Notes: a model not told the origin generated them from the letters alone. Counted from the stretch's first letter, positions 1 to 7,572 are shown. The stretch is 12,183 nt of DNA from an uncultured Oligoflexus sp. (GCA_964236955.1 CAXSGP010000124.1:1-12183); one strand, 5' to 3'. Made by a program: numbers and translations.

Positions 1-43
1 TCAATAAAGTACCTAGCCTGCTGAGGAGAAAGTTCGGGGGGAG

Positions 44-217
44 ATGACCGCCGACTTCAGCGGAACGGGGAGACGGCTTGCGCCGGAATCAAGAAGCGGC
101 TTCGCCGGAATACACAAGAAGTACCCAGTTTCCGTTTGGTTGACCCTTTGCCTTATCTACGGGCGGCAGCCAAGCGACCCATACCCTGAAATTTTCCGAC
201 AGCCAGCTCCTAATTAG
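44..217 (+). CDS. Possible 57-aa hypothetical protein (MTADFSGTGRRLAPES...QPAPN)
   Basis: ATG at 44 follows a G/A-rich stretch and overlaps (ATGA) the stop of a frame open from the window edge (..NKVPSLLRRKFGGR*). TAG at 215-217. No recognisable motif; may be non-coding. Confidence 0.2.
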   Translation: MTADFSGTGRRLAPESRSGFAGIHKKYPVSVWLTLCLIYGRQPSDPYPEIFRQPAPN

Positions 218-845
218 AAGAAAATGGCTGTCCGGTTCAAAGTTCTATTCCAATAGTTTGCACCACTTCCCAAAATTGGCCAGGTGCAAGCTCAGCATAC
301 TCCCTCCAGCATGTCAAAAAGTCTAGATCTGAAAACTTTTAGTTATCGATGCCTTAGCGACATTTTCATGTTTAACTTCCTTCTAAAGACTTGCAGCACA
401 TGCGTTTCATCCAATTATCATCGCTATTCCACTATAGTTAGAAACATGGCGCTGAACACGGAGTTAGCCCTCATTTTTCAGGTCAAAAACGGTATGAAAT
501 TTTCCCACGCAAAGAGGATTGATAAAAAAAGAAAGACATTTTCCATACAAAAGTATGGCAGTTGTTTTGGTTTTGTGATGAAATGTTTACAGGGGATTCT
601 TGCTCTGAAAGCTAGCAGATCTATCGATTTGACCTAGTCCTGACTTGAGTTTTGGAGTTTTAAGCAGCTCAGTAAAAGGATGTGCGCTGGAGCATAGGGA
701 TTGGAACGATAAGACCTTTTTCTCAAAGCCTGTTGACTCAGTCGAAGGGACAAGAGAGGGGCTGCTTCTCAAAAGCCTGCCCGTCAAACTCAGCTAGGCT
801 TAAGGATGTTATTCCTATGAATGGAAACTATTGGAGCCACGTTTT

Positions 846-1064
846 ATGAAAAATAATGTTATCGATCTCACTCCACGAATAAAAGACAGTCTCTATGTAT
901 ATCTTACGGGCGTTGGCTTTCGCAGAAAGCGCGGTGCCCTCACCTTAAGACAGAAATTAGAACGCAAATCGAAGTTTGGGGTCAAAGCCAAGGTCCTGCC
1001 TTTTCGGAAATTACGGGTGACTAAAGAAAATTTAATTCCTCTGGTTCCCATTGCTCTGGATTGA
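846..1064 (+). CDS. Small basic hypothetical protein, 72 aa (MKNNVIDLTPRIK...KVLPFRKLRVTKENLIPLVPIALD)
   Basis: GGAG at 833-836, 9 nt before ATG 846 (preferred over the TTG at 831). Lys/Arg-rich. Followed by a strong intrinsic terminator at 1090-1119. Confidence 0.7.
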   Translation: MKNNVIDLTPRIKDSLYVYLTGVGFRRKRGALTLRQKLERKSKFGVKAKVLPFRKLRVTKENLIPLVPIALD

Positions 1065-1089
1065 GAATGCAGTGTTTGGTGTTGTATCG

Positions 1090-1119
1090 AAACGGCTGAG
1101 ACTTTCTCAGCCGTTTTTT
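1090..1119 (+). terminator. Rho-independent terminator, possibly bidirectional, between convergent genes
   Basis: Perfect 12-bp stem AAACGGCTGAGA / TCTCAGCCGTTT with a CTT loop, ending in a T6 tract (1114-1119). Confidence 0.9.
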
Positions 1120-1151
1120 ATAGATTGAAGGAAAGGCAAAGTAATAAATCG

Positions 1152-2426
1152 TTATACGGATTCAAGGATAGCGGTGACGCCCATGCCACCCGCCGTGCAA
1201 ATCGAAATCAGGCCTCGTGAACCCGCCTTTTGCGATAGAAGTTTTGCCAAGGTTCCCGTGATGCGGGCACCGGTTGCAGCAAACGGATGGCCCACGGCGA
1301 TGCTGCTGCCGACGACATTGATCTTTTCCAATGGAATAGGGCCCAACGGCTTGGATCTTTTCAGGATTTTTTTGCTATATTCTGCCGATTCCCAAGCTTT
1401 CATACTGCACAAGACCTGCGCGGCAAAAGCCTCATGAAGCTCAAAGAAATCAAAATCGTCGAAGCTCCAGTTATTGCGCTCCAGCATTTTGGACACGGCT
1501 ATCGTGGGGGCCATGAGGAGACCTGCGCCGTGGACAAAATCCACCGCAGCGACCTGGAAATCCACAAGGCGAGCCAAAGGTTTCCAATGATTTGCTTTGA
1601 GTGCTTCGTCACTCGCGAGAAGCACGGTGGCTGCTCCATCGGTCAGGGGGGAACTGTTGCCGGCGGTCAGTGTCCCACTCACTTTGTCAAAAGCGGGACG
1701 AAGTTTGGCGAGTTTTTCAATCGTTGTATCCCCCCGGACTGTTCCATCGCGGCTGAGTCCTTGAAAGGGAAAGACCAGATCCGCGAAAAAGCCCTGCTCA
1801 TAAGCTTTGGCGGCTGCCAGGTGACTTCTAAGGGAGAGTTCATCCTGCTCCTGCCGCGCTATATTCCATTCCTTGGCCATGAGTTCACAATGCTCTCCCA
1901 TCGACAGGCCCGTACGAGGCTCCGTTACCGTCGATGGTTTGGGAGCTAAATCCTTGGGTAGGAGCCTGGTGAAGGGTTCAACTTTCTTCAGGAGTGTTTT
2001 GCCGAGGCTGGAGGCGATGAGAGCCTTACGAAGTTTATCCGATATCTCTACGGGCAGATCGCTATTCGTATCAACTCCGCCCGCTATCGCGGTGTCCATG
2101 GAGCCAGTGGCAATCTTAAGTCCGGTCTGCCACACCGCCTCAAGGCTGGTGCCGCAGGCCCTTTGTACATTGTAGGCTGGCGTTTCGGGATGAAGACGGG
2201 TTCCCAGCACGCATTCTCTTGCGAGATTCCAATGGGATGAGCTATTCATAAGGGCACCCAATGCAACATCACCCACTATCTTTCCACTCAAGCCATATTT
2301 TTCTACCAGATCCGCCAAAGTCGCCGTCAACATGTCTTGACGTTTGACATCGATATAAGTTGTCAAACTTTTCGCGAAAGGAATTCTAGAACTTCCAACT
2401 ACATAAACAGGGCGCAGGGACTTCAT
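1152..2426 (-). CDS. fadA: Acetyl-CoA C-acyltransferase (thiolase), FadA2/FadI-like subfamily
   Basis: Catalytic Cys in QRACGTS, HEAF variant of the NEAF motif, GHPFAATG, C-terminal SICTAGG, plus EPRTGLSMGEH and TAGNSSPLTDGA. RBS AGGAG upstream of ATG 2426. 424 aa. Confidence 0.96.
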   Translation of the reverse strand: MKSLRPVYVVGSSRIPFAKSLTTYIDVKRQDMLTATLADLVEKYGLSGKIVGDVALGALMNSSSHWNLARECVLGTRLHPETPAYNVQRACGTSLEAVWQTGLKIATGSMDTAIAGGVDTNSDLPVEISDKLRKALIASSLGKTLLKKVEPFTRLLPKDLAPKPSTVTEPRTGLSMGEHCELMAKEWNIARQEQDELSLRSHLAAAKAYEQGFFADLVFPFQGLSRDGTVRGDTTIEKLAKLRPAFDKVSGTLTAGNSSPLTDGAATVLLASDEALKANHWKPLARLVDFQVAAVDFVHGAGLLMAPTIAVSKMLERNNWSFDDFDFFELHEAFAAQVLCSMKAWESAEYSKKILKRSKPLGPIPLEKINVVGSSIAVGHPFAATGARITGTLAKLLSQKAGSRGLISICTAGGMGVTAILESV

Positions 2427-2434
2427 CTTTCTCT

Positions 2435-2471
2435 CCTACCTATAGGTAGGTTCATACTATCGAGAGGTAGT
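2435..2471. promoter_or_regulatory. Tandem palindromic operator (CTACC-N4-GGTAG) overlapping the thiolase RBS/promoter
   Basis: Perfect 16-bp palindrome CCTACCTATAGGTAGG at 2435-2450 and a near copy ACTATCGAGAGGTAGT at 2456-2471. Centres are 21 bp apart. Confidence 0.7.
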
Positions 2472-2794
2472 TATTTTTGTCAATGGTGCAGTCCCCACAG
2501 GCGGTTTTTCAGGCTTTCTTGAGAGGGCCCTGGAAATCATCCTCGATAGGATCGAGACGATCAATCCTAGGAACCTTTATTACTTGCTAATCGTGACCCC
2601 GCAGATTCAACTTCCGTTCGGATTTGGCTCGCAATGGAAGAGCCTCAATCCCTTCAGGATGGGGTACCTTACCTACTTGACTCTACGAAGGCTGAGGCGC
2701 ATGCTCACTGCGACTCTCGTCAATCAGGGCTTAAATGCTGGAATGAAAAGCCAGACAAAAATAATCCATTGAGATTTATTTAGCGGATATATGC

Positions 2795-5632
2795 ATGGGA
2801 GAATCTCATTCCAAATCGGAACCACTCTATGCGAACAAGGACTTTTCGCAATCATGTGGCAACGTGATGTACAAGAGTTATATCGAACAGCCTCTATGGG
2901 GAAAGATCTTCGCTTTTGCCCCGGTCGGCTTGACGATCGCCGGACTCGATGGGTTTTATCGGGAAGTTAATCCTAGTTTTCTTAGGCTGACCGGATACAG
3001 TGAGCAGGAAATTAAACGGCAGAAGATCCTCGATATCACGCACCCTGATGATATTCCCCAGAACAGCTATTTACTCAATCAGATATTGACCGATCAAATC
3101 AAGGACTATCAATTTGAAAAACGTATGATACGAAAAGACGGCGAAATCGTCTGGGTTCGAAATACCGTCGCTCTCAGCAGAGATGAGCGCGGTATTCCCC
3201 TCAACATCATCACGGTTACCGAGGATATTACGGAGCGAAGGCTAGCGGAGCAAACCTTACGCTCCAGCGAGGCCCGATTGCGTGCCACCTTCAATTATAC
3301 CTCAGTCGGTATAAGTTTGATTTCGCTCGGGCTTGGCTTTGAAGACGTAAATCCAGCCTTGGGCAAAATGCTTGGGTATACGCAGGCAGAACTTCTGACC
3401 TTAAGTATTCGGGATGTCACGCATCCCGACTATCGCGCTCGAGAGGTGAAAGGCTGTCAGGAACTCCTGACCAGCGAGGTGCCGTTCTTTAGCATCAATA
3501 AGAAATGCCTCCGTAAAGACGGATCGGTATTCTGGGTTCAAAATACCGTCTCCATAATCAGGGACGACGAGGGCAATCCAATCAATTTCGCGGCGGTCAC
3601 CGAGGATACGACCAGCCGGATTCTAGCTGAGGAAAGTTATCATCGCAGTCAAGAAAAACTGGCTCTCGCCGTCAGTGTTTCCAAGGTGGGCTTTTTCAAT
3701 TGGGAAGTCAAGCACGACAGGGTTGAATTCAGCAAACAGATGGCGGAAGATTTCGGGATCAGCGGTGAGCCGCTTACACTTGCCGAACTGGTGTCCATCG
3801 TCCATTTCGATGATCAATTGATTTTGGCGAAAATGATTCGGCAGCATTTGAACGGCGAGGAAGCAGCTCCTTTGGAATGCCGCATCCTTAGAAAAGACGG
3901 GACTGTCCTGTGGGTGGAAATTAAGGGGCATGTGACCTTTGACGAATATGGCGATCCCATCCGGTTTTTTGGGACCTCCCTGGATATCTCCGAAAGGCGA
4001 CGCATCGACGAGGTCCTCCGTAACGGTGAAGAAAAGGTGCGGGTCGCGGAAGAACGGGTGCGTCTGGCTATCGAGGCGGCTCGAATAGGGGTTTGGGATT
4101 ACAGCCTTACTACAAAATCCCTGACACTTTCCGAACCTGCCTGTGAGATTTTATATTTCGACAAGATCGCTAGTATAAATATCGATGCCCTATTAAATGG
4201 TGTTCATCCTCAGGACAGAGAACAAGTGCAGACAACCGTTGAGAAGGCGGTTAAGCCGGAGCATCGAGGCAACTTTACTTTGACAACCCGATTCATAGTG
4301 GCCAATCATCAGGTACGATGGATAAAATTGGTTGGGAAAACCCTCTATGAAACGAAAGAGGATAGGTCCGAACGGCAAGCCGTCCGCCTGCTGGGAGCCC
4401 TGCTTGATGTGACAGAACAGGTGCAAATGGAGGAAGAGCTGAAAGCCGCGAAGAACTCTGCAGAAGTTGCCAATGCCACCAAAAGCGAATTCCTTGCTAA
4501 CATGAGTCACGAAATACGAACGCCTCTCAGTGCGATTCTGGGTTTTTCCGATCTTATGCTTGATAATCACTCGTCGCTGAAGGAGCGTGAGCATTATCTG
4601 AGGACCATCATCCGCAACGGTCGGACGCTCATGCATATTATCGATGACATCCTTGATCTATCCAAAGTCGAAGCCGGTCGGCTCGACCTGGAAAAGGTCA
4701 ATATTCCATTTTATCGGTTTTTAGAGGATGTGACTGACCTTTTCCGAGAGAACGCCCGGAGCAAGGATATAGCTGTCGAACTGCAGATCGATGCAGGAGT
4801 CCCCACCCTCATCAGTTCGGACCCCACAAGATTGCGGCAGATCTTGATCAACCTCATAGGGAATGCCATAAAATTTACAGAACTTGGCGGAGTCACGATT
4901 AAGGCAATAAGTTTTGTCGATTCTGCCGGCCAGCAACAGATCACCATCAGCATCCATGATACGGGTATTGGCTTAACCGAAGAGCAGAGCAATCGTCTGT
5001 TTCAACCCTTTACCCAAGCCGACAACAGCACAACTCGGCGCTTTGGCGGAACGGGCCTGGGGCTTTACCTGGCCAAACGCCTGGCCCTCGCACTAAGGGG
5101 AGATATTACCCTGCTCAATGGCAAACCGATGGAAGGTTGCACCTTTCAGCTCACCTTTGCCTTTGAAAAACCTAAGGCGTATCTGCCGCAGGAAACATCC
5201 GACTTCGAACGCGTGAATTTTGATCAACCGGCTCTGAAAGGACTGAAGATACTGGTCGCCGAAGACGCCTTCGACAATCAGCTCCTGATCCATACGATAC
5301 TGAGTGGGTGCGGAGCCAAGGTCGAGGTCGCAAACAATGGGCTGGAGGCCGTTTATATGGCCTCGCATAGCGACTTCGATATTATCCTGATGGATTTACA
5401 GATGCCGAAGATGGACGGATATGAAGCGACGGAAACCTTGCGCAGGCAGGGCTACCAAAAACCAATCCTAGCCTTGACGGCACATGCCATGATTGAGGAA
5501 AGACAGCGGACGAGACGGGCAGGTTGTGATGCGCACCTGACCAAACCGCTCAATCCAAAGGAGTTGGTCGATACGATTTTAAGCTTTATCCAAATGCGCT
5601 ATCCTTTTGGATCGGAAGCCATCCATTTCTAA
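2795..5632 (+). CDS. Hybrid sensor histidine kinase/response regulator: 4x PAS/PAC - HisKA - HATPase_c - REC, cytoplasmic
   Basis: Four PAS/PAC repeats (THPDD, THPDY, VHFDD, VHPQD; closing DITERR, DTTSRI, DISERR, DVTEQV). H box FLANMSHEIRTPL, N box QILINLIGNAIKFT, G1 DTGIG, F box LFQPFTQAD, G2 GGTGLGL. Receiver ILVAED...DIILMDLQMPKMDG...LTAH...TKP. No TM segment evident. Start could instead be 2864/2867. Confidence 0.97.
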   Translation: MGESHSKSEPLYANKDFSQSCGNVMYKSYIEQPLWGKIFAFAPVGLTIAGLDGFYREVNPSFLRLTGYSEQEIKRQKILDITHPDDIPQNSYLLNQILTDQIKDYQFEKRMIRKDGEIVWVRNTVALSRDERGIPLNIITVTEDITERRLAEQTLRSSEARLRATFNYTSVGISLISLGLGFEDVNPALGKMLGYTQAELLTLSIRDVTHPDYRAREVKGCQELLTSEVPFFSINKKCLRKDGSVFWVQNTVSIIRDDEGNPINFAAVTEDTTSRILAEESYHRSQEKLALAVSVSKVGFFNWEVKHDRVEFSKQMAEDFGISGEPLTLAELVSIVHFDDQLILAKMIRQHLNGEEAAPLECRILRKDGTVLWVEIKGHVTFDEYGDPIRFFGTSLDISERRRIDEVLRNGEEKVRVAEERVRLAIEAARIGVWDYSLTTKSLTLSEPACEILYFDKIASINIDALLNGVHPQDREQVQTTVEKAVKPEHRGNFTLTTRFIVANHQVRWIKLVGKTLYETKEDRSERQAVRLLGALLDVTEQVQMEEELKAAKNSAEVANATKSEFLANMSHEIRTPLSAILGFSDLMLDNHSSLKEREHYLRTIIRNGRTLMHIIDDILDLSKVEAGRLDLEKVNIPFYRFLEDVTDLFRENARSKDIAVELQIDAGVPTLISSDPTRLRQILINLIGNAIKFTELGGVTIKAISFVDSAGQQQITISIHDTGIGLTEEQSNRLFQPFTQADNSTTRRFGGTGLGLYLAKRLALALRGDITLLNGKPMEGCTFQLTFAFEKPKAYLPQETSDFERVNFDQPALKGLKILVAEDAFDNQLLIHTILSGCGAKVEVANNGLEAVYMASHSDFDIILMDLQMPKMDGYEATETLRRQGYQKPILALTAHAMIEERQRTRRAGCDAHLTKPLNPKELVDTILSFIQMRYPFGSEAIHF

Positions 5633-5694
5633 AATTGCTGAGAGGGAAGGAGCGACAATGAAAATTAATCCATTCGCTGCTCAATCTTTTTAGT

Positions 5695-5748
5695 CCTTCG
5701 GCTTGGGGCAGCAAGCGACCGACTTCATTCGCTGTCCCTTGGCTAAGG
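5695..5748. terminator. Imperfect GC-rich hairpin between convergent genes (possible terminator/RNA stabiliser)
   Basis: GGGGCAGC (5705-5712) pairs with GCTGTCCC (5731-5738), extended by CCTT/AAGG at the base. No clear U tract. Confidence 0.35.
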
Positions 5749-5762
5749 TCCCCTGGAAAGAA

Positions 5763-6476
5763 TCATGGGCAGTTTGGAGCCGGTGTGAAATCCAGGGAAA
5801 AATCAATTATAACTTCGTTTTGCAGGTCGACGCCGGGAACGAAGGTTAGTAACTGTTGGATGCGGTCCACCAGATTCACCCCGTTGACGACGGGCGAGAG
5901 ACTGCGCACATTGAGTTTGAAGACCTCAGCGGGCGTGAGAGTCATCAACCCAAGGTAGCTCTTCACTAAAACAGGCATTTCAATGTCGGCCTGTTGATTG
6001 CCGACATAAAGAGTGCCGAAGGCTTTCAAAGTGCGGCTCACGTTATCTTTGACATCGAGAATATCGCCTTCGATCCTGCTTAGCTTAAATCCAAAGGGCA
6101 CCGAATCCGGCAAGCCGAATATGAAGGAATTGATACGGGAATCCCGCAGGGGATCTTCGGAATTGGTAGTGGAAGCGACAAAATCCATATTGGCTACCGC
6201 TGTACTCCAATCGCCCGAGAGATTTAATGAACCAAGCACGGCATTGGTACCAACCATAAGCGTCTCCTTGCCAGAAGAGACAGTAAATTTCGTAGCACGC
6301 CAGGAAACGAAGGATTCCTTTTTTGCTACAAAGTTTCGGCCAGGGAGACAAACGGCAGCGTCAGAGGAACCTTTATAGGCAATTTCGGAGTCTTTTTCTG
6401 TATTATAAGAAGGTGCTGGGTTATCGCAGGCGACGATAACCAAGCCTAAGAATAATATTTTTAAAAATTGATTCAT
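5763..6476 (-). CDS. Lipoprotein with YceI-like (lipid/polyisoprenoid-binding) beta-barrel domain, 237 aa
   Basis: ATG 6476 with AAGGA RBS (preferred over 6524). Signal peptide MNQFLKILFLGLVIVA-C with lipobox IVAC. YceI-like pattern SFVSWRATK...G...G.L....DF.AS..S.D..RD..I...IF...LKAFGTLYVG. Confidence 0.8.
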   Translation of the reverse strand: MNQFLKILFLGLVIVACDNPAPSYNTEKDSEIAYKGSSDAAVCLPGRNFVAKKESFVSWRATKFTVSSGKETLMVGTNAVLGSLNLSGDWSTAVANMDFVASTTNSEDPLRDSRINSFIFGLPDSVPFGFKLSRIEGDILDVKDNVSRTLKAFGTLYVGNQQADIEMPVLVKSYLGLMTLTPAEVFKLNVRSLSPVVNGVNLVDRIQQLLTFVPGVDLQNEVIIDFSLDFTPAPNCP

Positions 6477-6818
6477 GATGACTTCCTTAATCTCCATAAG
6501 CCGAACGTGGACAACTCCAATCAATCGAAGTTGCAGGTAAGGTACTTTTCGGTAGTGATCCCGGGCAACCTAAAGAATATTTGATAAGTTTTTTATTGTG
6601 CTGAATTCATTGATTTTAATTAAGCATAGGTCGCTCTATTTAGGTCTTGGCATAGGAAGCTTAAAGCGCTGCTCCGAAGGCAGTGGGCCGTTCAGCTGAG
6701 GGGAGTTGCATTCGCAGCCTTTGAGTCGAGAATAAATTGTCAGGCTGACATGCTCAAACTTATTCCTATAAGCATGGCGTGAAGGGAGAGGGTCAGGGCA
6801 TGCTGCGTTGCAGACTCA

Positions 6819-6980
6819 TTTGCCTTTTATCCCAGTTTCTTTTGCAGAGAGTAAGCCAGGGTAAGGCCAAGGCTGGCTTCCCGCGTTTCAAGGCCTTCGA
6901 TCATTTCAAGGGATGGGGTTTTGCAGCCCGCAGGGATGGCATTGGCAGCGGAACCGCCGTGGTCATGAACCTCAACGTCA
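6819..6980 (+). pseudogene. tnpB: Degenerate fragment of IS200/IS605-family TnpB
   Basis: RVSQGKAKAGFPRFKAFDHFKGWGF (6848-6922) matches the TnpB G(F/Y)PRFK signature. The adjacent frame just upstream reads FAFYPSFFCR, like the usual AFxxFFxR. No full RuvC or zinc finger follows. Confidence 0.65.
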
Positions 6981-7192
6981 CCGAATACTTTACTCTTTTC
7001 CAGGAGAAGAAGCGCGCTCCTTATTCGCTGAGAAAAAAGCTACCGAAGCATTTTGGCTTTATTATGGAATTCCTATCGTAAAATAGCTAAAATTATGAGG
7101 GATGGGGCTGTTAAGCCCCACTGGTCAAGAAATAGGCAAAAAGTTCCGATAAACCAATGGGAACTACTGGGTTACTTATCAGGAGTATTGCT

Positions 7193-7543
7193 ATGGATCC
7201 TCAAATCAGCCAGCCGGACGAATCGGAAACCTATCTTGCGTCATACGAGGCATCCAATCGTAAACGAAAAATCCTGATTATCTCGGCGGCGATAGTCGCT
7301 ACCATTGTTGCTGTCGGAGCATTTGTGGTGACTTTAGGCTCTTTGGGAAGAATGAGTGAAGACGTTCAAGGTGCCTTCTCGGATGAAAACGATAAAGCCG
7401 GCGATAAAACTAATCCAGAAGCTGCAGCTCCGAAGGCTGAGACAGAAACTGACGGCCAGAGCGCCCCTGCCGAGACATCGACACCAACAGCTGATGGCAG
7501 TGCAGAGCCAGCTGAAGCCGCACCAAGCGAAGCCAATCCATAA
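7193..7543 (+). CDS. Single-pass membrane protein with an acidic Ala/Pro/Glu-rich disordered C-terminus, 116 aa
   Basis: AGGAG at 7181-7185, ATG 7193. RKRK followed by hydrophobic ILIISAAIVATIVAVGAFVVTLG (predicted N-in/C-out), then a low-complexity tail. Confidence 0.8.
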   Translation: MDPQISQPDESETYLASYEASNRKRKILIISAAIVATIVAVGAFVVTLGSLGRMSEDVQGAFSDENDKAGDKTNPEAAAPKAETETDGQSAPAETSTPTADGSAEPAEAAPSEANP

Positions 7544-7566
7544 AAAAAGGTCTCCTATGAGACATT
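7542..7566 (-). terminator. Possible minus-strand intrinsic terminator
   Basis: Minus strand reads GTCTC-ATAG-GAGAC-C-TTTTTTT: a short 5-bp stem followed by T7. Confidence 0.4.
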
Positions 7567-7572
7567 TAAGAT

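Noticed and set aside
165..179. GGCAGCCAAGCGACC resembling GGCAGCAAGCGACC at 5707-5720
   Set aside because: A 14-nt match with one indel is expected by chance in 12 kb; the flanks do not align.
120..190. Minus-strand GGCAAA...GGAAAC, reminiscent of a c-di-GMP-I riboswitch
   Set aside because: P2 pairing and the following GACGCAAAGC element are absent.
555..570. TGGCAGTTGTTTTGGT as a sigma54 promoter
   Set aside because: The -12 dinucleotide is GG, not GC.
284..637. 117-aa plus-strand ORF (and 587-787 minus ORF)
   Set aside because: AT-rich, no RBS or recognisable motif; composition looks like intergenic sequence.
1174..2522. Plus-strand ORFs including the 220-aa 1287-1949
   Set aside because: Antisense shadows of the thiolase; no motifs.
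2584..2772. 62-aa ORF upstream of the kinase
   Set aside because: TTG start with no RBS or motif; lies in the divergent promoter region.
3109..5368. Several minus-strand ORFs inside the kinase
   Set aside because: Antisense shadows of a well-supported gene.
6779..7081. 100-aa ORF as a functional gene
   Set aside because: Better explained as read-through across a frameshifted TnpB fragment; far too short for TnpB and lacking catalytic motifs.
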